64,000 nucleotides of DNA, taken from Chiloscyllium plagiosum. Its lineage: Eukaryota. Location: contig NC_057720.1 of assembly GCF_004010195.1 (NCBI RefSeq), positions 1,573,704-1,637,703 of the forward strand, read 5' to 3'. The stretch's first letter is position 1; the number at the start of each line of letters is the position of its first letter. The translations under genes and the position numbers were made by a program. Shown here piece by piece: positions 1 to 10,959 of the stretch. Under the pieces are notes generated by a model. The model was not told where the DNA came from, made no database searches, and worked only from the letters and a program-made list of their open reading frames with translations.

Positions 1-254
1 AAATTAAGGGGGGTTAGGTATAGGACAGATGTTAGGGGTAGGTTCTTTACTCAGCGAGTCGTGAGTTCATGGAATGCCCTGCCAGTAGCAGTGGTGGACT
101 CTCCCTCATTATGGGCATTCAAGCGGGCATTGGATAGGCATATGGAGGATAGTGGGCTAATGTAGGTTAGGTGGGCTTGGATCGGCGCAACATCGAGGAC
201 CGAAGGGCCTGTACTGCGCTGTATTCTTCTATGTTCTATGTTCTATGTTCTATG
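1..254 (+). mobile_element. CR1-clade LINE 3' end with (TTCTATG)n tail
   Basis: Encodes the typical CR1 ORF2 C-terminus (GRFFTQRVVSSWNALP..AFKRALDRHM), then 3' UTR and ttctatg repeat tail. Confidence 0.85.
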
Positions 255-506
255 TCCCCTTGGGTGGAGATTCTATCTTGTTGAACGTTGCCACAAGTTT
301 GTCTGCTGATCACTTTAGGCCTAAGTTGGTCTAAAATCTGTAACTGGAAATTGTTTTGTACAATTCTGAAATCAATTTACAATCTGCAACAGTGTCAACC
401 ATGTTAGTTGGGTATATGATACCACACTGTCACATATGATTGGATATTGAGCTGCAAATGTCGCTCTTTTATCCTTGGGTCTATGGGACTTAATTGATCT
501 AAAATT

Positions 507-806
507 GGCACGGTGGCTCAGTGCTTAGCACTGCTGCCTCACAGCGCCAGGGTCCCAGGTTCAATTCCAGCCGTGGGCGACTGACTGTGTGGAGTTTGCA
601 CATTCTCCCCGTGTCTGCGTGGGTTTCCTCCGGGTGCTCCGGTTTCTTCCCACATTTCAAAGATGTGCAGGTCAGGTGAATTGTCCATAGTTGTTAGGTT
701 CATTAGTCAGAGGGGAAAATGGGGCTGGGTGGGTTACTCTTCGGAGGGTTGGTGTGGATTTGCAGGGCCGAAGGGCCTGTTTCCGCACTGTAGGTAATCT
801 AATCTA
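507..806 (+). mobile_element. HE1-type tRNA-derived V-SINE, full length
   Basis: A-box tggctcagtg, B-box ggttcaattcc, V-domain gtggagtttgcacattctccccgtgtctgcgtgggtttcctccgggtgctccggtttc, CR1-like tail gggccgaagggcctgtttcc and aatct repeats. Confidence 0.9.
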
Positions 807-1271
807 AAAAAAATGCTCGAGGAAAATCATAAGGTGGTCGAACCAGAAAGGATTCTTGTCTTAAACAAGATGGAACATTTCTAACCCAATAATATCAAGA
901 ACAAGTGACAATAGACAGAGAGACATTACTACTTCGAGACCTGGAAGATAGAGAGAAACTGTCTCTGTTCCCTTCAAGACCCAGAGATGACCTACTTTTT
1001 CTCCATCCAAGTCTTTATGACATAATCAGATTGGGTGGAGCATAATGCAGTCTCCAGCATTAATCGCTTCAGCATCATGAGCCCATACGATAAATGTAAT
1101 CATAACTCAACTTCTTCCCTCAGCTCCCCTTCTGGGGCTTTTCCCCAATTCCCTTCAATCTGTCTCCCTCTGCTCACTCACTCTCCTGCCTCTAGAAACA
1201 CTGTCTCCTCATTTACTCGATCAAACTCACTTCATAATTTTCAACAACTCGATTAAGTCCCTTGAACATTC

Positions 1272-1371
1272 AACAAAAACAGAAATTGCAGGAGAAATTC
1301 AGCAGGTCTGGTAGCATCTATGGAGAGAAAGCACAGTTAACATTTCGGGTCCAATGACCCTTCATCAGAAC
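1272..1371 (-). mobile_element. Short hammerhead-motif element, family C
   Basis: Dispersed repeat (related copies near 15510, 33515, 44388, 48880, 50235). Minus strand reads GTT-CTGATGA-A-GGGTC-ATTG-GACCC-GAAA-TGTT-AAC. Confidence 0.7.
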
Positions 1372-1711
1372 ATAATTTTACTGGAATCTTCTCTGCTTGA
1401 AGGACAATAATCCCAGCTTCCCCAGTCTCTCTGTATTCACCAAAGTCCCCAGTCATAAATTTGAAACGAAAGGGCAGTGAAAAGATGGGAGAAGTCCCTC
1501 CTGATTTTGAATATCTCCTCTCAATCCACTTTATCAACTCCTTATAATTTTCTGAAACATTCAACTAGATATCTTTTGGTCTAGTAAACAAGCCTTGTTA
1601 CATAACCTGTTCTTAGATGTTAAACATTTCATACATAGGAATACAAGTTACAGGAGAAACATTGGCCACTCAGCCCCTTAACCCTGCCTAGCTATTGAAA
1701 AAGTTCATGAA

Positions 1712-1985
1712 CCATAGAAACCCTACTGAGTAACCTAACCAGACACATTCCCCCTACTTCATATTTACCCCTGACTAATGCGCCTAACCCACACATGCCT
1801 GAACACCATGGGCAATTTAGCATGGCCAATCCACCAAACCTGCATATCTTTGGACTGTGGCGGGAAACCAAGCAGACACAGGGAGAATGTGAAAACTCCA
1901 GACAGTTGCCCAAGGCTGGAAACGAACCCGGGTCCCTGGCACTAGGAGGCAGCAGTGCTAACCACTGAGCCACTGTGCTACCATA
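1712..1985 (-). mobile_element. HE1-type SINE inserted in a CR1 3' end
   Basis: Reverse complement matches the SINE at 507-806. Confidence 0.85.
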
Positions 1986-2440
1986 AACATGGCTGTCTGA
2001 TAATCCTCAACTCTACTGTCCTGCCTTTTATGCAAACTCCTTTTTCCCTTACTAATCAACAATCTGTCTATCTCAGCCTTGGCAGCTTTCTGTGCTAAAG
2101 AATTCCATTGATTAACTGCCTCCTGAGAATAGGAATTCCTCCTAATCTCTGTCCTAACTGTGCAATTCCCTACTATGAGCTGATGCACTCTGATCTGAGA
2201 CTCTCCCACAAGGGAAAACAATCTCTCCTCATCTACGTTGTCAAGCCCCCTAAGAATATTGTATGTTTCTATAAGGTCACCTCTCATTTTTCTAAACTCC
2301 AATGAGTACAGGCCCAACCTATTCAACCTCTCCTGGTAAGATAGTCCCTCCATACCTAGCATCAGCCTGGTGAAACTTCTCTGGACTGTCTCCAATATCA
2401 GTATATCTTTCTTAGGTAAGGGGCCCAAAACTATTCATTG
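1986..2440 (-). mobile_element. CR1 LINE 3' fragment
   Basis: ORF 1958-2428: LETVQRSFTR..ERLNRLGLYSLEFRKMRGDLIETY. Confidence 0.85.
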
Positions 2441-2444
2441 AATT

Positions 2445-3476
2445 AAGGCACAGTGAAAAGCTTTGCCTTGTGAGCAAGACAGGCAGATCACAGAGTTAAG
2501 TAGCATAGATAGTAAATAATAGGTAAACAGCGGCAAAAACAAAACCACAGGTACAGGCGAATGCTAAGAGTTTATGAGTCCATTCAATATTCTAACAACA
2601 GTAGGATAGATTAGATTAGATTCTATACAGTGTGGAAACAGGCCCTTCAGCCCAACAAGTCCACACTGACCCTCTGAAGAGAAACCCACCTAGACCCATT
2701 TTCCCTCTGACTAATGCACCGAACACTATGGGCAACTTAGCTTGGTCAATTCACCTGACCTGCACATCTTTGGACTGTGGGAGGAAACCCACGCCGACAC
2801 AGGGAGAATGTGCAAACTCACCAAGGCTGGAATTGAACCTGGGATCCTGGTGCTGTGAGGCAGCAGTGCTAACTATTGAGCCACTATGCCACCCCATTTA
2901 ACAGTAGAAACTGTTTCGAAACCGGCTGGTGAGTGTGTTCAACTGTACCTTCTCCCAGATGGTAGAAGTTATAGAAAAACATTGCGAGGGTGGGATGGAT
3001 CTTTGAGAATGCTGGTGGCCTTTCCTTGACAGCGGGCCTGGCAGATGGATTCTCTCGATGGGAGGTTGGCCTTTGTGATTGTCTGGGCTGAATTCACGCT
3101 CTCTGTAACCGTCTCCGATCTTGAATGGTACAGTTGCCATACCAGGTAGTCATACATCCAGACAGAATACTCTCGATGGCGCATCTACAAAAGTTGGTAA
3201 GGGTATTCGCCATCGTGCCAAATTTCCTCAGCTGCCTGAGGAAGAAGAGACATTGCTGGGCCTTTGTAACAAGTGCGTCCACATGTAGAGTCCAAGAAAG
3301 CTTGTTGTGGATGACCACTCCCAGAGCATGACACACTCCACTCGTTCCACCTCTGTGCTGTTAATGTATAGGGGGGCATGAGTAACATCCCGCCGAAAGT
3401 CAATAATGAGTTCCTTGGTTTTGCTGGCATTGAGAGCTAGGTTGTTCTCAGTGCACCATTTTTCCAGGTCTTCCAC
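2445..3476 (-). mobile_element. Rex1/Babar-like LINE 3' portion, interrupted by HE1 SINE
   Basis: Frameshifted peptides LALNASKTKELIIDFRR, KAQQCLFFLRQLRKFG and IESILSGCMTTWYGN are typical of Rex1-type RT C-termini. Confidence 0.75.
2606..2893 (-). mobile_element. HE1-type SINE
   Basis: Homologous to 507-806; flanked by aacagtag duplication (2597-2604, 2900-2907). Confidence 0.85.
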
Positions 3477-4640
3477 TTCTCAGCCCATTGGCCCATTTGA
3501 TCAAGATCCCATTGTAATCTGAGGTAATCTTCTTCACTGTACACTACACATCCAATTTTGGTGCCATGAGCAAACTTACTAATTATACCTCTTATGCTCA
3601 CAACCATATCATTTATATAAATGAAGAAAAGTAGTGGACCCAGCACCGATCCTTGTGGCACTCCACTGGTCACAGGCCTCTAGTCTGAAAAAACAACCCT
3701 CCAACACCACTTTCTGTCTTCTACCTTTGAGTCAGTTCTGTATCCAAATGGCAAATTTTCCCTTTAATCCATGAGATCTAACCTTACTCACCAGTCTCCC
3801 ATGGGGAGCTGAAAATGTGTTGCTGGAAAAGCGCAGCAGGTCAGGCAGCATCCAAGGAACAGGAGAATTGACGTTTCAGGCATAAGCCCCTCATGGGGAA
3901 CCTTGTCAAACGCCTTACTCACATCTACCTCTCTGTTCTCATCAATCCTCGTTGTTACTTCTTCAAAAAACTCAATCAAGTTTGTGAGACATGATTTCCC
4001 ACGCATAAAGCCACGTTGACTATCCTTAATCAGTCTTTGCCTTTCCAAATACATGTACATCCTATCCCTCAGGATTCCCTCCAACAATTTGCCCACCATC
4101 GACATCAGACTCACCGGTCTATAGTTCCCTGGCTTGTCCTTACCACCTTTCTTAAACAGTGGCACCACGTTAGCCAACCTCCAGTCTTCCGGCACCTCAC
4201 CTGTAACTATCGATGATACAAATATCTCAGCGAGAGGCCCAGCAATCACCTTCCTAGCTCCCCACAGAGTTCCAGGCTACACCTGATCAGGTCCTGGGGA
4301 TTTATTCACTTTTATGCATTTCAAGACATCCAACACTTCCTCCTCTGTGATATGGACATTTTTCAAGATGTCAGGTTAGAGGGGAAAGAATAAATGGGAA
4401 CCTGAGGGTCAATGTTTTTACACAGAGCGTGTACACATATGGAATAAGTGGCCAGCGGAAGTGGTTGAGGCAGGTACATTAACAACATTTAAAAGACATT
4501 TGGATAAGTACATGGATAGGAAGGATTGGAAGGATATAGGCCCAAGTGCAGGGAAATGGGATTAGCGTGGACGGACATTTTGGTTGGCATGGACCAGTTT
4601 GGGCCAAATGGCCTGTCTCCATGCTGTATGACTCTATGAT
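3477..4640. mobile_element. CR1 LINE: RT fragment on minus strand joined to a plus-strand 3' end
   Basis: Minus ORFs with NYRPVSL, SKAFDKVPH and [10 protein letters not shown]; plus-strand CR1 3' UTR with ctatga tail from about 4373. Confidence 0.8.
3808..3891 (-). mobile_element. Family A hammerhead-motif element, truncated, inserted in CR1
   Basis: gctggaaaagcgcagcaggtcaggcagcatcc..gtttcaggcataagccc, flanked by catgggga at 3800-3807 and 3892-3899. Confidence 0.75.
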
Positions 4641-5067
4641 TCAATAGCTCTGAATGAACATCTGAATCCTCACCATTTACCTTTCCATCCACAATACCAT
4701 TAATAGTCTATTTACTTACCTCATTCATATATTTTGTAAGTAATTGTGGCTTCAGCACTGACCCCTGTGAAAATTCACAAGTGACATGTTGGAATCAGGA
4801 AAATGACCCCCCTTTATCTCGACTCTCTGTCTTCTATCAGTTAGCCAAATGTCTATCCATGCTAGACCACGGGCCCTTATCTGATTCAGTAGCCAACTAT
4901 GTGATCCATCTGCATCCCTCTGCAGTCAGGATCTCCCTGCTGAGATGCAAATCCCAGAACTGCACCCACTTAGTGCAGACTGGTTTGTCAGAGCTGAAAA
5001 GAGACAAAAAAACCGCAGATGCTGAAATCCTGAAGAATGCTTACACCCAAAACATCGACTATTCCAT

Positions 5068-5701
5068 CTCCTGATGCTGCCAGCCTGGCTGTGTTCTCCC
5101 AGCCTCCTGCCTGTCCCTCCTGACGCTGCCTGCCTTGCTGTGTTCCCCCAGCCTTATACCTGTCCCTCCTGATGCTGCCTGGCCTGCTGTGTTCTCCCAG
5201 CCTCCTGCCTGTCCCTCCTGATGCTGCCTGGCTTGCTGTGCTCCCCCAGCCTCCTGCCTGTCCCTCCTGATGCTGCCTGGCTTGCTGTGTTCTCCCAGCC
5301 TCCTGCCTGTCCCTCCTGACGCTGCCTGCCTTGCTGTGTTCCCCCAGCCTCCTGCCTGTCCGTCCTGATGCTGCCTGGCCTGCTGTGTTCTCCCAGGCTC
5401 CTGCCTGTCCCTCCTGATGCTGCCTGCCTTGCTGTGTTCTCCCAGCCTCCTGCCTGTCCATCCTGATGCTGCCTGACCTGCTGTGTTCTCCCAGCCTCCT
5501 GCCTGTCCATCCTGATGCTGCCTGCCTTGCTGTGTTCCCCCAGCCTCCTGCCTGTCCCTCCTGATGCTGCCTGCCTTGCTGTGTTCCTCCAGCCTCCTGC
5601 CTGTCCATCCTGATGCTGCCTGCCTTGCTGTGTTCCCCCAGCCTCCTGCCTGTCCATCCTGATGCTGCCTGCCTTGCTGTGTTCCCCCAGCCTCCTGCCT
5701 G
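5068..5701. repeat. 49-bp minisatellite, about 13 copies, running into a gap
   Basis: Unit ctcctgatgctgcctggcctgctgtgttctcccagcctcctgcctgtcc. Confidence 0.95.
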
Positions 5702-6537
5702 NNNNNNNNNNNNNNNNNNNNNNNNNNNNNNNNNNNNNNNNNNNNNNNNNNNNNNNNNNNNNNNNNNNNNNNNNNNNNNNNNNNNNNNNNNNNNNNNNNN
5801 NNNNNNNNNNNNNNNNNNNNNNNNNNNNNNNNNNNNNNNNNNNNNNNNNNNNNNNNNNNNNNNNNNNNNNNNNNNNNNNNNNNNNNNNNNNNNNNNNNNN
5901 NNNNNNNNNNNNNNNNNNNNNNNNNNNNNNNNNNNNNNNNNNNNNNNNNNNNNNNNNNNNNNNNNNNNNNNNNNNNNNNNNNNNNNNNNNNNNNNNNNNN
6001 NNNNNNNNNNNNNNNNNNNNNNNNNNNNNNNNNNNNNNNNNNNNNNNNNNNNNNNNNNNNNNNNNNNNNNNNNNNNNNNNNNNNNNNNNNNNNNNNNNNN
6101 NNNNNNNNNNNNNNNNNNNNNNNNNNNNNNNNNNNNNNNNNNNNNNNNNNNNNNNNNNNNNNNNNNNNNNNNNNNNNNNNNNNNNNNNNNNNNNNNNNNN
6201 NNNNNNNNNNNNNNNNNNNNNNNNNNNNNNNNNNNNNNNNNNNNNNNNNNNNNNNNNNNNNNNNNNNNNNNNNNNNNNNNNNNNNNNNNNNNNNNNNNNN
6301 NNNNNNNNNNNNNNNNNNNNNNNNNNNNNNNNNNNNNNNNNNNNNNNNNNNNNNNNNNNNNNNNNNNNNNNNNNNNNNNNNNNNNNNNNNNNNNNNNNNN
6401 NNNNNNNNNNNNNNNNNNNNNNNNNNNNNNNNNNNNNNNNNNNNNNNNNNNNNNNNNNNNNNNNNNNNNNNNNNNNNNNNNNNNNNNNNNNNNNNNNNNN
6501 NNNNNNNNNNNNNNNNNNNNNNNNNNNNNNNNNNNNN
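5702..6537. other. Assembly gap (other gaps at 7841-8055, 48632-48649, 55152-55428)
   Basis: Runs of N. Confidence 1.
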
Positions 6538-7404
6538 GTCAGAGGGTCAGTACTGAGGGAGTGCCGCACTGACAGAGGGTCAGTACTGAGGGAGTGTTGC
6601 ACTGTCGGAGGGTCAGGGCTGAGGGAGTGCCACACTGTCAGAGGGTCAGTACTGAGGGAATGCCGCACTGTCGGAGGGTCAGTACTGAGGGAGTACCGCA
6701 CTGTCAGAGCGTCAGTACTAAGGGAGTGCCGCACTGTCGGAGGGTCAGTGCTGAGGGAGTGCCGCACTGTCAGAGGGTCAGTGCTGAGGGAGTGCTGCAC
6801 TATCAAAGAGTCAGTACTGCGGATGTCCCGCACTGTCAGAGAGTCAATACTGAGGAAGTGCCGCGCTGTCAGAGGGTCAGTGCTGAGGGTGTGTCGCACT
6901 GTCAGAAGATCAGTGCAGAGGGAGTGCCGCACTATCAGAGGGTCAGTACTGAGGGAGTGCCATACTGTCGGAGGGTCAGTGCTGAGGGAGTGCTGCACTG
7001 TCAGACAGTCAGTACTGAGGGAGTGCTGCACTGTTGGACGATCAGTACTGAAGGAGTGCCGTACTGTCGGAGGGTCAGTGCTGAGGGAGTGCTGCACTGT
7101 CAAAGGGTCATTATGGAGGGAGTGCTGCACTGTCAGAGGGTCAGTACTGCAGGAGTGCTGCACTGTCAGAGGGTGAGTACTGAGGGAGTGCCGCACTGTC
7201 AGAGGGTCAGTACTGAGGTAGTGCCACACTGCTGGAGGGTAGGTAGTGAAGTAGTGCCACACCCTCGGAGAGTCAGTGCTGTAGGAGTGCCACATTATCA
7301 AAAGGCAGTACTGAGGGAGTGCTGAACTGTCAGAAGGTCAGTGTTGAGGGACTGATGCACTTTCAAAGGGTCAATGCTGAGGGAGTGCCACACCGTTGGA
7401 GGGT
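6538..7404. repeat. 33-bp minisatellite array
   Basis: Unit gtcagagggtcagtactgagggagtgccgcact; gives 11-aa repeats in the ORF track. Confidence 0.95.
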
Positions 7405-9637
7405 AAGTAGACAATAGATAATCAGTGCAGAAGTAGGCCATTCTGCCCTTCGAGCCTGCACGACCATTCAATATGATCATGGCTGCTCATCCTTAATCAC
7501 AATCCAGTTCCTGCCTTATCTCCATAACCCTTGATTCCACTATCTTTGAGAGCTCTATCCAACTCTTTCTTAAATGAATCCGGAGACTGGGCCTCCACTG
7601 CCCTCTGGGGCAGAGCATTCCACACAGCCACCACTCTCTGGGTGAAGACATTTCTCCTCATCTCTATCCTAAATGCTCTACCCCATATTTTTAAGCTGTG
7701 TCCTCTGGTTCAGGACTCACCCATCAGCGGAAACATGTTTCCTGCTGCCAGAGTGTCCAATCCTTTCATAATCTTATACGTCTCAATCAGATCCCCTCTC
7801 AGTCTTCTAAACTCAAGGGTATACAAGCCCAGTCGCTCCANNNNNNNNNNNNNNNNNNNNNNNNNNNNNNNNNNNNNNNNNNNNNNNNNNNNNNNNNNNN
7901 NNNNNNNNNNNNNNNNNNNNNNNNNNNNNNNNNNNNNNNNNNNNNNNNNNNNNNNNNNNNNNNNNNNNNNNNNNNNNNNNNNNNNNNNNNNNNNNNNNNN
8001 NNNNNNNNNNNNNNNNNNNNNNNNNNNNNNNNNNNNNNNNNNNNNNNNNNNNNNNTGTACTGTCCCTTTACCTAAATTGATTCCATTTAGGTAGTAATCT
8101 GCCTTCCTGTTCTTGCCACCAAAGTGGATAACCATACATTTATCCACATTAAACTGCATCTGCCATGCATCTGCCCACTCACCTAACTTGTCCAGGTCAC
8201 CCTGTAATCTCCTAACATCCTCCTCACATTTCACCCTGCCACCCAGCATTAGTATCATCAGAAATTTGGTAATGTTATTGCTAATACCATCTTCTATATC
8301 ATTAATATATATTGTAAAAAGCTGCGATCCCAGCACTGATCCCTGTGGTACCCCACTGGTCACTGCCTGCCATTCTGAAATGGAGCCGTTTATCACTACT
8401 CTTTGTTTCCTGTCAGCCAACTAACTTTCAATCCAAGTTAGTACTTTGTCCCCAATACCATGCGCCCTAGTTTTGCTCACTAACCTCCTATGTGGGACTT
8501 TATCAAAAGCTTTCTGAAAGTCCAGGTACACTACATCTACTGGATCTCCCTCCTCCATCTTCAGAGTTACATCCTCAAAAAATTCAAGAAGATTAGTCAA
8601 GCATGATTTCCCCATCATAAATCCATGCTGACTCTGACCTATCCTATTACTATTATCCAGATGTGTTGTAATTTCATCCTTTATAATAGACTCCAGCATC
8701 TTTCCCACCACTGAGGTCAGACTAACTGGTCTATAATTTCCTGCTTTCTCTCTCCCACCTTTCTTAAAAAGTGGTATAACATTAGCCACCCTCGAATCCG
8801 CAGGAACTGATCCCGAATCTATCGAAATCTGGAAAATAATCACCAATGCATCCATGATTTCCCAAGCCACCTCCTTCAGTACCGTGGGATGTAGACCATC
8901 AGGCCCCGGGGACTTATCAAACTTCAGACCTAACAGTCTCTCCAACACTAATTCCTGGCAAATATAAATTCCCTTAAGTTCAGGTCCTTCAGCCACTGTT
9001 ACCTCAGGGAGATTGCTTGGGTCTTCCCCAGTGAACACAGATCTGAAGTACCAATGAAGTACCATTTCTTTGTTCCCCGTAATATATTCCCCTGTTTCTG
9101 TCTTCAAGGGCCCAATTTTAGTCTTAATCGTTTTTTTGCCTTTCACATACCTAAAAAAGCTTTTACTATCCTCCGTTATATTATTGGCCAGTTTACCTTC
9201 ATACCTCATTTTTTCTCTCTGTATTTCCTTCTTAGTAATCCTCTGTTGTTTTTTAAAAGCTTCCCAGTCCTCCGTTTCCCACTCATCTTTGATATGTTAT
9301 ACTTTTTCTTTTTTAACTTTATAATTGAAGCTTATTGTATTATGGTCACGACTTCCCAATGGCTAGTTCACTTTGAGGTCCCTGATCAATTCTGGTTCGT
9401 TGCACAATACCAGACCCAGAATTGCCTTCCCCCTGGTAGGTTCCAGCACCAGCTGTTCTAAGAATCCATCTCTGAGGCATTCCACAAAGTCTCTTTCTTG
9501 AGGTCCAGCACCATCCTGATTCTCCCAGTCTATCTGCATGTTAAAATCCCCCATAACAATTGTAGTAACATCTTTGCGACAGGCCAATTTCAGCTCCTGA
9601 TTCAACTTATATCCGACATCCAGACTACTGTTTGGGG
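7405..9637 (-). mobile_element. CR1 LINE ORF2 (endonuclease-RT) remnant with 3' end
   Basis: MGDFN, KSPGPDG, NYRPVSLTS, YLDFQKAFDKV and GVPQGSVLG motifs in ORFs 9363-9605, 8421-9209 and 7710-8420. Confidence 0.9.
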
Positions 9638-9966
9638 GCCAGTACTGAGAGAGTTCTGCACTGTTGGAGGGCCAGTTCTGGGGGAGTGCCGCACTGACAG
9701 AGGGTCAGTACTGAGGGTGTGCCGCACTGACAGAGGGTCAGTACTGAGGGTGTGCCGCACTGACAGAGGGTCAGTACTGAAGGTGTGCCGCACTGTCAGA
9801 GGGTCAGTACTGAGGGTGTGCCGCACTGACAGAGGGTCAGTACTGAGGGTGTGCCGCACTGACAGAGGGTTAGTACTGAAGGTGTGCCGCACTGTCAGAG
9901 GGTCAGTACTGAGGGAGTGCCGCACTGTTGGAGTGTCAGTTCTGGGGGAGTCCCACACTCCACTGG
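9638..9966. repeat. 33-bp minisatellite array
   Basis: Same unit as 6538-7404. Confidence 0.95.
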
Positions 9967-10275
9967 GTCAGCATTTCAAATCGTAGTTTAAACTGAGACC
10001 TGTCTGGTGCCTGAGCTGGGCATTAAGGATGATGCAGCCCTGTTGTGAAGATCTCTAAGGTGTCTGAGATGGTCTGTCAATGTTTACTACCCGCACAGAT
10101 ATTGTAGAAACACTTATCCTTCTTACAGTATTATTGGGGATACCATGTCATGCCCAAATTGGCTTCAAGATTTTCTACATTACAACTGTGAGTACACTTT
10201 GAAAATTACTGAACTGGTTGCAAAATGCTTTCGGATGCTAATAGTGCTCCTGAAATACTTTTTTGTTCTTTCTTT
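9967..10275 (+). mobile_element. Degenerate Deu-domain-like SINE body and tail
   Basis: aaactgagacc..aaattggct..ctacattacaactgtgagtacacttt..tctttcttt resembles the copies at 16015 and 29300. Confidence 0.5.
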
Positions 10276-10959
10276 ATAAACACAGACAGGAAGAATACAA
10301 AATGACCTACACCTTACAAGCCAGCTCGCATTTCCTGAACAAGAAATGAGTTTTGTGTCACATCTTAATCTGGTCCATCAGACGTTTTTAGCTTTTGGTT
10401 TCCGTGAATAGCTCCTGGATGTTTGATTGCAGGCAGATATCGAACAGGGCTGGGAGCCTGAGTCACTAACTCACTGGCTCTCTGGTAAGAGTGTCATCAA
10501 AAGGACTAATGACCTGCACTTGACAATCACTGGAGTGCGTTTCCCTGCTGTCGTCACGGTTTCTCATGGTCATTACAGAGAAGGTAGCTGTCAAAGTTCC
10601 ATGGCCTAATGGTCCATGGTACATTTCAACATTAGAAAATTCTCCTTTTAAGATGCACTTACCTCCCTATGTGGCCTTGCCTCTTTACACTGGGGCCTTT
10701 ACATTGGGAATAAGAACCAAATTCACAGTCATTATTAGAACAGAAAGACTGAAAAGACTATTACCATTTCCCTCAGCTACTCCAGCTCTCAAGCTCAGTG
10801 AAGTGACTTTAATGCAAGAAGGTTCTGAGCTGCACAGGTTTTCACTGTGGCACTCTCTTCATTCAGCCTCAATAATGTATACCAAAGAAAGAGACACCTT
10901 GACACTTGATTATATTTTTACAAGACTTCAGCACATTCCAAAGTACATAATGACCAAAG

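Noticed and set aside
507..580. tRNA-like A/B boxes as tRNA genes
   Set aside because: These are SINE heads without a full cloverleaf.
4988..7325. Long ORFs of 206-715 aa
   Set aside because: Artefacts of stop-poor 49-bp and 33-bp repeats and N gaps.
6538..7404. CRISPR-like periodicity
   Set aside because: Head-to-tail tandem units with no unique spacers, eukaryotic context and no cas genes.
8421..9209. 262-aa RT ORF as a functional or domesticated gene
   Set aside because: Fragment of a CR1 with stops, deletions and a broken FADD motif.
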